Origin: a candidate division FCPU426 bacterium | Lineage (GTDB): Bacteria; Oederibacteriota; Muellerivitia; Muellerivitales; Muellerivitaceae | Length of the DNA: 64,000 nt | Reading direction: 5' to 3' | Assembly (NCBI GenBank): GCA_003152075.1 | Contig: PLZG01000054.1 | Location: 21,067-85,066, forward strand | In this document: one piece after another, positions 1-8,881 of the stretch | How positions within the stretch are numbered: the first letter of the stretch is position 1 | Layout of the letters: each line of letters begins with the position of its first letter | The notes under the pieces: model-generated | What the model saw: only the letters and a program-made list of their open reading frames with translations | What the model was told of the DNA's origin: nothing | Databases searched by the model: none | Made by a program: the position numbers and the translations under genes

Positions 1-122
1 GTTGAATTCCCTGTTAAACCCCCCTAAAATGCCGCCTTAATTGACCGGGCACCTTGGTGAATGGTCGATTCGTGCCGAAAGAACAGTGGTTTAACCGCTG
101 TTTTAATTCAAGGAGGGTTTTA

Positions 123-338
123 ATGAAGCGTATTATTGCTGCGTTGATGACCGTGTTGTTCTTGGGTATGACCGGTATGGTCTTGGCTGATGAAGCTGCT
201 GCTCCGGCCACCACTCCGGCTGCTGCTGCCCCGGTGAAGGCTAAGAAGGCCAAGAAAGCCAAGAAGGCGAAGAAGGCTAAGAAGGCCAAGGCTGCTGCCG
301 CTGCTGATGCTCCGGCTGCTGCTCCTGCCGCCAAGTAA
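123..338 (+). CDS. small secreted Ala/Pro/Lys-rich protein with (AKK)n repeat
   Basis: In frame with track ORF 54..338. ATG at 123 sits 7 nt after AGGAGG. Hydrophobic signal-like N-terminus followed by AKKAKKAKKAKK repeats. Confidence 0.5.
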   Translation: MKRIIAALMTVLFLGMTGMVLADEAAAPATTPAAAAPVKAKKAKKAKKAKKAKKAKAAAAADAPAAAPAAK

Positions 339-395
339 TTTAGCAAAAGTTTCTTAAAGTTTTAGGTTGGTAACAGCCTGAAACTTCCTAATAAT

Positions 396-428
396 CGGGC
401 GGGCCTAATGGCCCGTCCGATTTTTTTT
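396..428 (+). terminator. rho-independent terminator (GGGCGGGCC-taat-GGCCCGTCC + T8)
   Basis: Perfect 9-bp stem followed by TTTTTTTT, directly after the small ORF. Confidence 0.7.
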
Positions 429-436
429 GTCCTTAA

Positions 437-478
437 ACAAAAAAACCGCCTTTTTAAAGGGCGGCTTTTTTATTTTCG
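437..478. terminator. bidirectional terminator (A-run, CCGCC..GGCGG hairpin, T-run)
   Basis: aaaaaaccgcctttttaaagggcggctttttt lies between convergent genes (small ORF on + and ilvD on -). Confidence 0.6.
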
Positions 479-484
479 GCCTGG

Positions 485-2167
485 TTAAAACTCATCAGTA
501 ACCGCGCCTTGGCTGGCGGATGAAACCAAATGGGCGTACTTGCCCAAGACCCCTTTGGGATAGGGGTTCGCGATAGGTTTCCACTTGGCCTTGCGCTTTT
601 TCAACTCTCCTGCCGACACATGAAGTTCTAATTTCTTTTTCTTTGCGTCGATCGTTATCTTATCGCCGTCTTTTATCAAACTGATAGGCCCGCCCACTTG
701 GGCCTCAGGCGCGATATGGCCAACCACCAGGCCGTGGGTGCCTCCACTGAAGCGGCCATCGGTGATCAGGCCGACCTTCTCGCCCAATCCCTGGCCCACC
801 AGCGCTGCCGTAATAGCTAGCATTTCCCGCATACCCGGCCCGCCTTTCGGACCCTCATAGCGGATCACCACGATATCTCCAGCTTTGATTTTCCTCTTTT
901 GGATAGCTTCGTAAGCCGCTTCCTCGCCATTGAAAACTTTGGCGGGGCCGGTCTGAGTTATGACCTTTAACCCTGAGATTTTAGCCACCGCGCCCTCGGG
1001 CGCCAGGTTGCCCCGCAGGATGACCATGGGGCCCGTCGGGTGAAGTGGATTATCCATCGGCCTAATAATGGGCTGGTTTTTCGAGAGGGGGGCGGCCAGT
1101 TTCAGGTTTTCTTTTACCGTCCGGCCAGTGACCGTCAGGCAGTCGCCGTGCAGCAGCTTGGCGTCAAGGAGGAGCTTCATGACGGCCGGGATGCCGCCGA
1201 TGCGGTCCAGGTCCGCCGCCACGTATTTACCGCTGGGTTTCAAGTCCGCCAGGTGGGGAACCTTATTGCTCAGGCGATCAAAATCATCAATGGTAAGCTT
1301 CACGCCCACAGCCTTGGCCATGGCAATCATGTGCAAGACCAGGTTGGTGGATCCGCCCAGGGCCATGCCCACGGTGATGCCATTCTCGAAGGCCTTCTTG
1401 GTCATGATGTCCTTGGGCCGGATATCCTTTTTGATGAGCTCGACCACGGCCTGGCCGGCGCGGTCGCACAAAAGCCGCTTGGGTTCGCCCACGGCGGGCT
1501 GACAGGAATCGTGGGGAAGGGCCATGCCTATGGCTTCGATGGCGGAGGCCATGGTGTTGGCCGTGTACATACCGCCGCAGGAGCCGGGCCCGGGGATGGC
1601 GCACTTTTCGATCTCGGTGAGCTTTTCGTGGCTGATCTTGTGGGAGCTGTATTGCCCAACGGCCTCGAAGACCGAAACGATGTCGATATCCTTACCGTCG
1701 CACCTTCCCGGCAGGATCGTTCCGCCGTAAACGAAGATGGCGGGAATGTTCAAGCGCCCAATGGCCATCAGGCATCCGGGCAGGTTCTTATCGCAGCCGC
1801 CGATGGCGACCAACCCATCGAAACGCTCGGCGGAGGAAACTACCTCGATGGAGTCGGCGATGACCTCGCGGGAAACCAGGGAAAACTTCATCCCTTCGTG
1901 GCCCATGGCGATACCGTCGGAAACGGTGATGGTTCCGAAAATCTGGCCGAAGCCCTCGGCGGAAATGACCCCGCCTTTCACGCGGTCCGCCAGCTCGTTC
2001 AAGTGGATGTTACAGGGGGTGACTTCGCTCCAGGCCGAGGCCACGCCGATGATGGGCTTCTTGAAGTCCTCATCCTTGAATCCCACGGCGCGTAGCATGG
2101 CGCGGTTGGGAGCCCTCTTGTCCCCCTCGGTCATCATGGAGGAGCGGTGTTTCATGTTGCTTTTCAT
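485..2167 (-). CDS. ilvD: dihydroxy-acid dehydratase
   Basis: 560 aa with CDKNLPG and [11 protein letters not shown] motifs typical of the IlvD/EDD family. Confidence 0.95.
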   Translation of the reverse strand: MKSNMKHRSSMMTEGDKRAPNRAMLRAVGFKDEDFKKPIIGVASAWSEVTPCNIHLNELADRVKGGVISAEGFGQIFGTITVSDGIAMGHEGMKFSLVSREVIADSIEVVSSAERFDGLVAIGGCDKNLPGCLMAIGRLNIPAIFVYGGTILPGRCDGKDIDIVSVFEAVGQYSSHKISHEKLTEIEKCAIPGPGSCGGMYTANTMASAIEAIGMALPHDSCQPAVGEPKRLLCDRAGQAVVELIKKDIRPKDIMTKKAFENGITVGMALGGSTNLVLHMIAMAKAVGVKLTIDDFDRLSNKVPHLADLKPSGKYVAADLDRIGGIPAVMKLLLDAKLLHGDCLTVTGRTVKENLKLAAPLSKNQPIIRPMDNPLHPTGPMVILRGNLAPEGAVAKISGLKVITQTGPAKVFNGEEAAYEAIQKRKIKAGDIVVIRYEGPKGGPGMREMLAITAALVGQGLGEKVGLITDGRFSGGTHGLVVGHIAPEAQVGGPISLIKDGDKITIDAKKKKLELHVSAGELKKRKAKWKPIANPYPKGVLGKYAHLVSSASQGAVTDEF

Positions 2168-2318
2168 GGTCGTGCCTTTCGGTTGATGTGTGACTTCTGT
2201 AGGGTCGGCCCCCCGTGGCCGCCCTGGGCAGGCGCGGGGGCCTACCCCTACATTTCGTGAATTACGTTTGAACGGTTACGAAAATAGATGGGCATTGTAA
2301 TGCGATTAGGAAGGGGAC

Positions 2319-4667
2319 TCAAGCAACCAAGCGGCGGAAAAGGCTGAAGGTAAAGACCCCGAAAAAGACGAAAAAGAGGAAAAAACCAAGGCGAAGGCTA
2401 ACTGGTTCAAAATTTAACTCAACTTGATTGTCTCCTTTTACTAAGGGAACGGACATTAAAACCTCAAAGTCGCGTTTAATTTCAACCTTTTTGTTGTTAA
2501 CAACTGCCTTCCACCCAGGAAGAAAGGTTTTTTGAAGAAATAAAATATCTGTTTCAATTTCACTAGTCGGGTTATCTCGATTAGCTACCAAAGAAAGATT
2601 CGTTTCATTCCATTTCAAAATACGCAATTTGGATTCAAGCGAGTTTAATTCCATCGTTTTTTCATGTGTGATGCCGACATTAGCCTTTGGTATTGTTTCA
2701 GTGAGTAGATAAACATAAGGATATTTGTTCTGCAAGGTCAGAAAGGGTTTAGGAAGTTTTAAAGGTATGTCGGAAACGATCTGGTCTACTCCCAACATTT
2801 GAAGGTCCTCAACGTGGCGGGTAAATCCAAGCGGGTCTCGGTCCTTATAGACCCAGGAGAACCACCCGAGGTCAGCCAGGATTTTGAAGTAGCGGGGCAA
2901 GTGGGGATTGGCCACGAAGGCGATATTGGGGCGGTTGGAAAGGAAGTTCATGTTGGGGAAAGCCATTTCCCCGTATTGAGGAGGCAGGGGCGAGACATTA
3001 CCCGAAAGAAGAACCAGGGAACGGTTTTGAGGAGCGGGATAAGACGGCTGGGGAATATCGGCTGGGTTGTAAAAAGAATTTCCGACCGGCATTCGAAAGG
3101 CCATGAGGTCGGCGAAGAGTAATAAAAGCAGAAAACCTTTTTGGAAATTCAGGTTCCACTTCTGGCGGTTGAAGACACAGGTTGTTAATAAGCCAAGAAA
3201 AAGAAGCGGGAGAAACACTCTTGGTTGTCTGGGATCAAGGTTATAGGCCAGAGCATCCAGTTTCTCCGAAATCCGACCCAAGTAAACTGAGATGGGTTGG
3301 GTATGGATTCCATCGCCAGATATGAAATGCCCGATGGCCCAGGAAGCCATTCCTTGAAGTAAGGGCTTGCCAGGATTCAAAAAGAACCATCCCAGCAATA
3401 AGACACCCAGAGTGAAAGCGATGAGGCCCCAGCAAAGTTTCTGTCCGGCGGACACTAGCTTTATGTCCTTAAACCATTCGTCCCAAGCATAAGCTGCCCC
3501 CAGGCCAATGGCCCAAGTAATCAAAAACCAGTAACGGGCTGGGTCGCGGAAGAGGGAGAAAAAGGGAAGTCTTTGGACCAGGCTATAAACGAAAAAGAAT
3601 TTCCCGAAGGCCATCAAGAGGCCTAATAACCCGGTGATCTCAATCCATCGGCGCTGGGAGTTTTTATTCATGAAAAACAAAAGGATGAAAAAAAGCCCAA
3701 TAAGTCCGAAAGATACCTGCATCTCTACGAACTGATATTGCCACCAATAGTCCGTACCCGCTCGGTCGAACTGTTCCTTGCCGAAGAACCAAGGAAAAAC
3801 CAAGGTCAGGAAGTTCAGGGGTGTCCAGGAATGGAAAAAGCGGTCTGCTTCCCCCCATTGATTGAAACTCTCGCCTCCCTGGCACTCTAGGGTGAAAAGA
3901 AGTTGGGCTGAGGAGGTCGCCAAGGCTCCCAGAAAAAGGCCGCCTGAAGCTTTGAGCTTGTTCAACAGAGGGGAAGGATTGGAGAGGAAAATCCAGGCTA
4001 AGAAGAAGAGACCCTCCAGAAAAGCGATTTGAGGATGTCCTGAAAGGACATTCAGGCCGAACAGGAACCCGGAGAAGATCAACCACAGGGTCTTACCCGA
4101 CTTGAGATATTCCACTAATCCCAGGAAAGCCCATGGGAAGAAGGCATGGGCCCAGACCACATTCAAGTGGTCTAACTGGGCCATCTGGTGGCCGTTGTAG
4201 GTCCAAAGGAAAGCTAGGAGAAGCGATGCGGAACGGGACAGTCCTAAATGAAGGCCCAGGAAATAACTCCCTGAAAGATAAAGGGCCAGGGGGCATAGGA
4301 AAAGCAGGTTGAAATCGAGGTTGAAGGAAGGAAAGAGGTGTAAGAGCCAAAGGACGGGGGAGAGGATTCCGATCATCTCTACGGCTGCCACAGGTGCGCC
4401 GTTGTAGGCCAGGTCCGAGATCAAGGGAAGTTTCCCTTCCGCCAGGTGCTCGTGAACCCACTGGTAAAGGGGGTAATAGGCGAAGGTCATGTCTAGAGAG
4501 AGGAAAACTTTCGAGGTTAGATGAGAGAACCAATCCCAAAAGCAGATAAGGAAGGAGGCGGTTAAAACAAGATAAGGACCAGCTTTTTTCCAAGGGAAAG
4601 CCAGTTGAGGTGAGGGGGGATTAATTTTCTTGGGCTTTTTCGTAAATCCCCCTGGATTGAAAAGCAT
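2319..4667 (-). CDS. YfhO-like polytopic membrane protein, putative GT-C glycosyltransferase, paralog 1
   Basis: 782 aa with many TM helices. N-terminal ...YPLYQWVHEHLAEGKLPL... motif is shared with the two paralogs at 6596 and 8859. Large C-terminal extracytoplasmic domain. Confidence 0.5.
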   Translation of the reverse strand: MLFNPGGFTKKPKKINPPSPQLAFPWKKAGPYLVLTASFLICFWDWFSHLTSKVFLSLDMTFAYYPLYQWVHEHLAEGKLPLISDLAYNGAPVAAVEMIGILSPVLWLLHLFPSFNLDFNLLFLCPLALYLSGSYFLGLHLGLSRSASLLLAFLWTYNGHQMAQLDHLNVVWAHAFFPWAFLGLVEYLKSGKTLWLIFSGFLFGLNVLSGHPQIAFLEGLFFLAWIFLSNPSPLLNKLKASGGLFLGALATSSAQLLFTLECQGGESFNQWGEADRFFHSWTPLNFLTLVFPWFFGKEQFDRAGTDYWWQYQFVEMQVSFGLIGLFFILLFFMNKNSQRRWIEITGLLGLLMAFGKFFFVYSLVQRLPFFSLFRDPARYWFLITWAIGLGAAYAWDEWFKDIKLVSAGQKLCWGLIAFTLGVLLLGWFFLNPGKPLLQGMASWAIGHFISGDGIHTQPISVYLGRISEKLDALAYNLDPRQPRVFLPLLFLGLLTTCVFNRQKWNLNFQKGFLLLLLFADLMAFRMPVGNSFYNPADIPQPSYPAPQNRSLVLLSGNVSPLPPQYGEMAFPNMNFLSNRPNIAFVANPHLPRYFKILADLGWFSWVYKDRDPLGFTRHVEDLQMLGVDQIVSDIPLKLPKPFLTLQNKYPYVYLLTETIPKANVGITHEKTMELNSLESKLRILKWNETNLSLVANRDNPTSEIETDILFLQKTFLPGWKAVVNNKKVEIKRDFEVLMSVPLVKGDNQVELNFEPVSLRLGFFLFFVFFGVFTFSLFRRLVA

Positions 4668-4732
4668 ATTTAAACTGGGGTTGCCACGTCGTAACCGTCC
4701 CGCTATTCGCGGGGCACTTCTCGCAATGACAG

Positions 4733-5626
4733 CTATTTAGTTTTTTTCTCGAGGTATTGCAGCAGTTCTCCGGTAACGGTTCCCACGCAGATTTCCTCCA
4801 CCGGGCCCCGCATGTTCAGCTCAAAATCCTTGCTGACCTTTAAGGACAGGTCCCCGCCGGGCATGTGGATAGTCAGGTCGCCGTCGGTCTTTCCGGTTTT
4901 CACGCAAACGGCCGCGACGGCGCAGGAGGAGGAGCCGGAAGCCAGGGTATAGCCCGCGCCACGCTCCCAAATGCGGATGCTGACTTCTTGGCGGTTGTTC
5001 ACCACCGCGAATTGGACGTTGGTGCGTTTCGGAAAGAGGGGGTGATTTTCGATGATGGGGCCGAACTCGCGGGCAAAGGCCTCCGCCTTTTCGATAGTAT
5101 CCACGAAAATCACGCAATGGGGGTTGCCCATGGAAACGCAGTTGATCTTGAATCCCTCGCCGCCGTTGTTCAGTGGGATCATTTTGTCCAAGACTTCCGA
5201 CTCGCTCCTGGGAACATTGACGGGGATTTCCCCGGCGGTGAACAACGCCTTGCCCATGTCCACGGTCACCGCCACGGCCTTGCCCACCACCAGGTGAAGC
5301 TGGGCTTGCACCATGCCCCCCGCCGTCTCGATCTCAAAGAAGGATTTGGTGGTATAGCCGTGCTCGAACAAGAATTTGCAGAAGATCCGCAGGCCATTAC
5401 CGCTCTTTTCGGCCTCGCTTCCGTCCGGGTTATAGATTCTCAGCCGGGCCTCGGAATTCTTGGCCTTTTCTAAGGCCAGGATGCCGTCGGAGCCCACACC
5501 AGTGTTGCGGTTGCAGATCCGCACGATGTTTTGGGGGGTTAATTCAAAGGAAAGAGAAGCTGGATCCATCACGATATAGTCGTTGCCCAAGCCGTGGGAC
5601 CGGACAAATTGGTTTTTAGATAACAT
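4733..5626 (-). CDS. dapF: diaminopimelate epimerase
   Basis: 297 aa with GLGNDYIV and KSGNGLRIF motifs, duplicated DapF fold. Confidence 0.9.
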   Translation of the reverse strand: MLSKNQFVRSHGLGNDYIVMDPASLSFELTPQNIVRICNRNTGVGSDGILALEKAKNSEARLRIYNPDGSEAEKSGNGLRIFCKFLFEHGYTTKSFFEIETAGGMVQAQLHLVVGKAVAVTVDMGKALFTAGEIPVNVPRSESEVLDKMIPLNNGGEGFKINCVSMGNPHCVIFVDTIEKAEAFAREFGPIIENHPLFPKRTNVQFAVVNNRQEVSIRIWERGAGYTLASGSSSCAVAAVCVKTGKTDGDLTIHMPGGDLSLKVSKDFELNMRGPVEEICVGTVTGELLQYLEKKTK

Positions 5627-5636
5627 CTAACACTCC

Positions 5637-5733
5637 ATTTTCACCACGAAGTACACGAAGGTAAATCTTCTTTTAAAGAATTAACAAAAATATATGTTTC
5701 ACTTCGTGTGGCGCGAAGCGCCTTCGTGGTTAA
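5637..5733. repeat. family-B inverted-repeat element (ttttcaccacgaag ... cttcgtgg arms, AT-rich centre)
   Basis: Terminal inverted repeats flank an AT-rich spacer of about 40 nt. The GGTGAAAA end abuts the dapF RBS/start on the minus strand. Confidence 0.6.
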
Positions 5734-6593
5734 TGTTCTTTCACGCAGTACAGGTTCGTGTATTCGTCGTTTTCAACGGTATAACGGCTTAATAATTGAA
5801 GGGGCCGGACCGGCTTGATCGTCTTGTTCTTTTCGGAAATCTCCGAAATTTTGAACCCCATTGACTGAAGGGTCTTTAAATATTTGGCGGGGTCGCTTCC
5901 AAAGCGTTTAAGCCCCCCCGGCCAGAACTCCGTCACTAGCTTCAGGAACCTATTCTTCCGGACCAAGCCTTTCATTCCCTCCAGAGCCGCCATTTCCGCG
6001 CCTTGAATGTCCATTTTAATGAATTGAACTGCCTTGTCTCTATTTAAAAAGAACTTGTCCAGGGCGACGGTTTGGACCGTGATGGATTTCCGGCCGTCCT
6101 TGGAATTGTAAAGACGATGGTCTCCCTTGTTGGTTTCGCTAAGGAATAGGCGAGCGGTGTGGGTTTTGTTCGAGACGGCATCATTCAAGGGAATCACGTT
6201 GGTGTAACCATTTGCCAACACGTTCTTCAGGAGCAGTTTGAAATTGGCAGGGTCCGGTTCGAAAGCGTAAACCTTGCCCCCGTTTCCAGCCAATCGGGCC
6301 GCGATCAAGGTGTAATAACCGAGATTGGCCCCAATATCCAAAACCACATCCCCGGCGTGAATTTCCTTGAGGAAGAGATTCGTTTCCATCGGCTCGTAAA
6401 TGGTGTGGGTTCCCAATTCCAGGGTATCCCGGTCATCCAGCCATATCCGGTGGCCCTGGGCCACGACCGATTTGGGCCTCAAGAGGGTGAAGAAAAATTC
6501 GTAAAGCCACCGCAGGGGTTTGATCCGGCCCAGACCGTGACCGCCGATGGAGTAATAGGTTTTTTGAAGGAGGGTAAAGAGGTGGTTGGCCAT
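5730..6593 (-). CDS. FkbM-family SAM-dependent methyltransferase
   Basis: VLDIGANLGYYTL and IKMDIQGAE motifs. Start refined to ATG at 6593 (GGAG 12 nt upstream), 3 nt after the upstream stop; the track ORF extends to 6689. Confidence 0.75.
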   Translation of the reverse strand: MANHLFTLLQKTYYSIGGHGLGRIKPLRWLYEFFFTLLRPKSVVAQGHRIWLDDRDTLELGTHTIYEPMETNLFLKEIHAGDVVLDIGANLGYYTLIAARLAGNGGKVYAFEPDPANFKLLLKNVLANGYTNVIPLNDAVSNKTHTARLFLSETNKGDHRLYNSKDGRKSITVQTVALDKFFLNRDKAVQFIKMDIQGAEMAALEGMKGLVRKNRFLKLVTEFWPGGLKRFGSDPAKYLKTLQSMGFKISEISEKNKTIKPVRPLQLLSRYTVENDEYTNLYCVKEH

Positions 6594-6595
6594 GG

Positions 6596-8881
6596 TTAAT
6601 TTCTCCACATGCGAATGGGACCCAGGAAAAAGAATCCGAAGGTGATGAGAAGCCATAGTACCAGACCGATTTGAATGGGGTGAAGCCAATCGGGCTCAAA
6701 CCGAAACTCCACTTGGTGCTTCCCAGCCTCCATAAAAACCGACCTTAATAAATGGTCCGCGGTGAAGATGGCGGTGGGTTGGCCGTCCACCCAGGCCTTC
6801 CAGCCGGGAAACATGGTTTCGGAAAAAACCACAAGGCTGAATTGATCTAGGTTGATCCCGAATTGCTGGTAATCGGCATCGTCCCGCTCAAACTGGTAAT
6901 CGAGATGAGGATCATGCGCTTTTGAGATTCTTGGAAAATACTCGAAGAGTATCTTTTCGGTAAGGATTGCGGATATATGGGGGTCGAAACCAGGTTCGGA
7001 TAGAGTTTTGATCCTTTTCTCGAGTTCTGGGGTTTCCAATATGTAAGCGGGAGCAAAAACGTAAGGAAGGGGTTTCGCGTATTCGTACAAAATAAAGGGC
7101 GGATAGGATTCTTTTTTAAAGTTTGGTATTTCACCCAGATCCTGTTGGGTCACGATGCCCTTGATGGTCCCGACACCGACCATGGATTCCATTCCTAGAG
7201 TTCCCGTTTCCATTTTGGCCTGAAGAATCAAGGGGTTATACCCGCCAATATTTTTTATTTTCAAAGCGCAAGCCGCGTTTTGGGGGTAATTCAAAAGATA
7301 TTTTTGTCCCAGGACCTCGATGGGATAAAACATATGGATATTATCGAATTTAAGCCGGAAAGGTTTGATCCTCTGCCCGATTTCCACGAGGGTTTTTGAG
7401 TTTTTTTCATAATCAAAATTTGAAGAGGGACCGGGAATAAAATCCGCCCAGCCCCCTAATAAAAGGGAAAGGCCCAGGGCGGTTTGCATGAGGAGTGGGG
7501 CCGATTTTTTCCCTTTGGAAAACGCGAAAAAGGAGGCCATGCCTAAGGTCATGGCCACGATTTCACGCCAGTTCGCGGCGGGTTTAAAAAGCGCGACCAA
7601 GTTTAAGGACAGCCCGTAAATCAAGGGATACTTCAGCCCATCGAGGAGTTTTCCCTTGGCCGGTTTTTTGGAAAACCATTCCTCAAAACCTAATGCCGCC
7701 AGCAGGACGAGGGGGATAATGAAGAGATAAATAAAGCGGTAGGGAACGCGGATGAGGGAAACTCCCGGCAATACCGCGCATAAAAGGCGGTGGAGGGGGG
7801 TGAGCTGGCCGAAACAAAGGACCAGGGCGGCCAAGGCAAAAACCGAAAGAAACTTCACTAGCCCCTTATCTTTTCGGCGAAAGGCCGCCAGCGCGAAAAA
7901 GGGCGCCCAGACCCCCAGGAAACCCCAATTGCCAGCCAAGGGCATTTGGTCATCATTGCTCCTGGATTGCAGGGCCTCCGACATGGACTCCTTACCAGTT
8001 TGGGTAAAACGGGGAAGAAACAATTGGTAAAGGGAAAGGGGATTAAGTGGAAGGCGGCTATTGGCCTGCTCATAGGTTTGGCCTGGAGCTCCCCGGTCCG
8101 TCCGATTCGAAAATTCCAATGTGGGGATCAACTGGCCCAGGAGGGGCAAGGCACCCCAAAGGAAGAAAAAGGTTAAAAGTAAAAAAGTGTAAAAGTTCAA
8201 AGGTGAAACTTTTGAGAGCTTTTGATACAGGCGGTATAGAAAATAAGCCAATCCCCCGTAAAAAGCTCCCACCGTCACTTGAAAACTCCCGCAAAGGAAA
8301 AGCATGGCGAAACACAAGCCGGCGTAAAAGGCGTTTCGCGGTTTTGGGTTGAGGGCCAGTAGTTCCAACCGCCCGAACAGCCAGGGAAGCCAAGCGAAGG
8401 CGGCCACGACTGGTGGATGGATGATCTCTAGCCAGAAAAAATTGGAGAGGGAAAACAAGAGGGCTCCTGCAAGGCAGGCATTCTCGGAAAGCTTGATTGA
8501 CCGAAGCCACAAGTGCATCCCGGCCGCGGCGATGAACATGTGCAGGAAAAAGAAGAGGCTCATTCCATAGGGCAGGGAAAAGGGGAGAGTCAGGTAATTG
8601 ACCGGGTAAAGCATCATGTTTTGGAGGTCGGCGAAGAAGGGCTGGCCGCCCATGGAATAGGGGTTCCAGAGGGGGAAATGTCCTTGGGCCAGTTGGTCCC
8701 TTAAAAAAGCGCGCCAGGGGCCGAACTGGGCCAGCAAGTCATTGTCAAAGTAGGCTTGTCCCAGGACCAGGCAGGGGAAAAAGGCGACGAAGGATAAAAA
8801 GGCGTAAAGAACAAATGGAAAAAGGGGATGGGTCCAGAAATCCGCGGGAGAGGTTTTATTAGTTCGTTTGCGCAGGGGCAA
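6596..8881 (-). CDS. YfhO-like polytopic membrane protein, paralog 2
   Basis: 761 aa. N-terminus FFPCLVLGQAYFDNDL...GHFPLWNPYSMGGQPFFADLQNMMLYPVNYL is nearly identical in pattern to paralog 3. At least 12 TM segments plus a C-terminal soluble domain. Confidence 0.6.
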   Translation of the reverse strand: MPLRKRTNKTSPADFWTHPLFPFVLYAFLSFVAFFPCLVLGQAYFDNDLLAQFGPWRAFLRDQLAQGHFPLWNPYSMGGQPFFADLQNMMLYPVNYLTLPFSLPYGMSLFFFLHMFIAAAGMHLWLRSIKLSENACLAGALLFSLSNFFWLEIIHPPVVAAFAWLPWLFGRLELLALNPKPRNAFYAGLCFAMLFLCGSFQVTVGAFYGGLAYFLYRLYQKLSKVSPLNFYTFLLLTFFFLWGALPLLGQLIPTLEFSNRTDRGAPGQTYEQANSRLPLNPLSLYQLFLPRFTQTGKESMSEALQSRSNDDQMPLAGNWGFLGVWAPFFALAAFRRKDKGLVKFLSVFALAALVLCFGQLTPLHRLLCAVLPGVSLIRVPYRFIYLFIIPLVLLAALGFEEWFSKKPAKGKLLDGLKYPLIYGLSLNLVALFKPAANWREIVAMTLGMASFFAFSKGKKSAPLLMQTALGLSLLLGGWADFIPGPSSNFDYEKNSKTLVEIGQRIKPFRLKFDNIHMFYPIEVLGQKYLLNYPQNAACALKIKNIGGYNPLILQAKMETGTLGMESMVGVGTIKGIVTQQDLGEIPNFKKESYPPFILYEYAKPLPYVFAPAYILETPELEKRIKTLSEPGFDPHISAILTEKILFEYFPRISKAHDPHLDYQFERDDADYQQFGINLDQFSLVVFSETMFPGWKAWVDGQPTAIFTADHLLRSVFMEAGKHQVEFRFEPDWLHPIQIGLVLWLLITFGFFFLGPIRMWRN

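Noticed and set aside
1040-2095. 351-aa plus-strand ORF (and several shorter ones) overlapping ilvD
   Set aside because: It is antisense to a confidently identified gene. The translation is low-complexity and Gly/Ala/His/Asp-rich, typical of GC-rich antisense frames.
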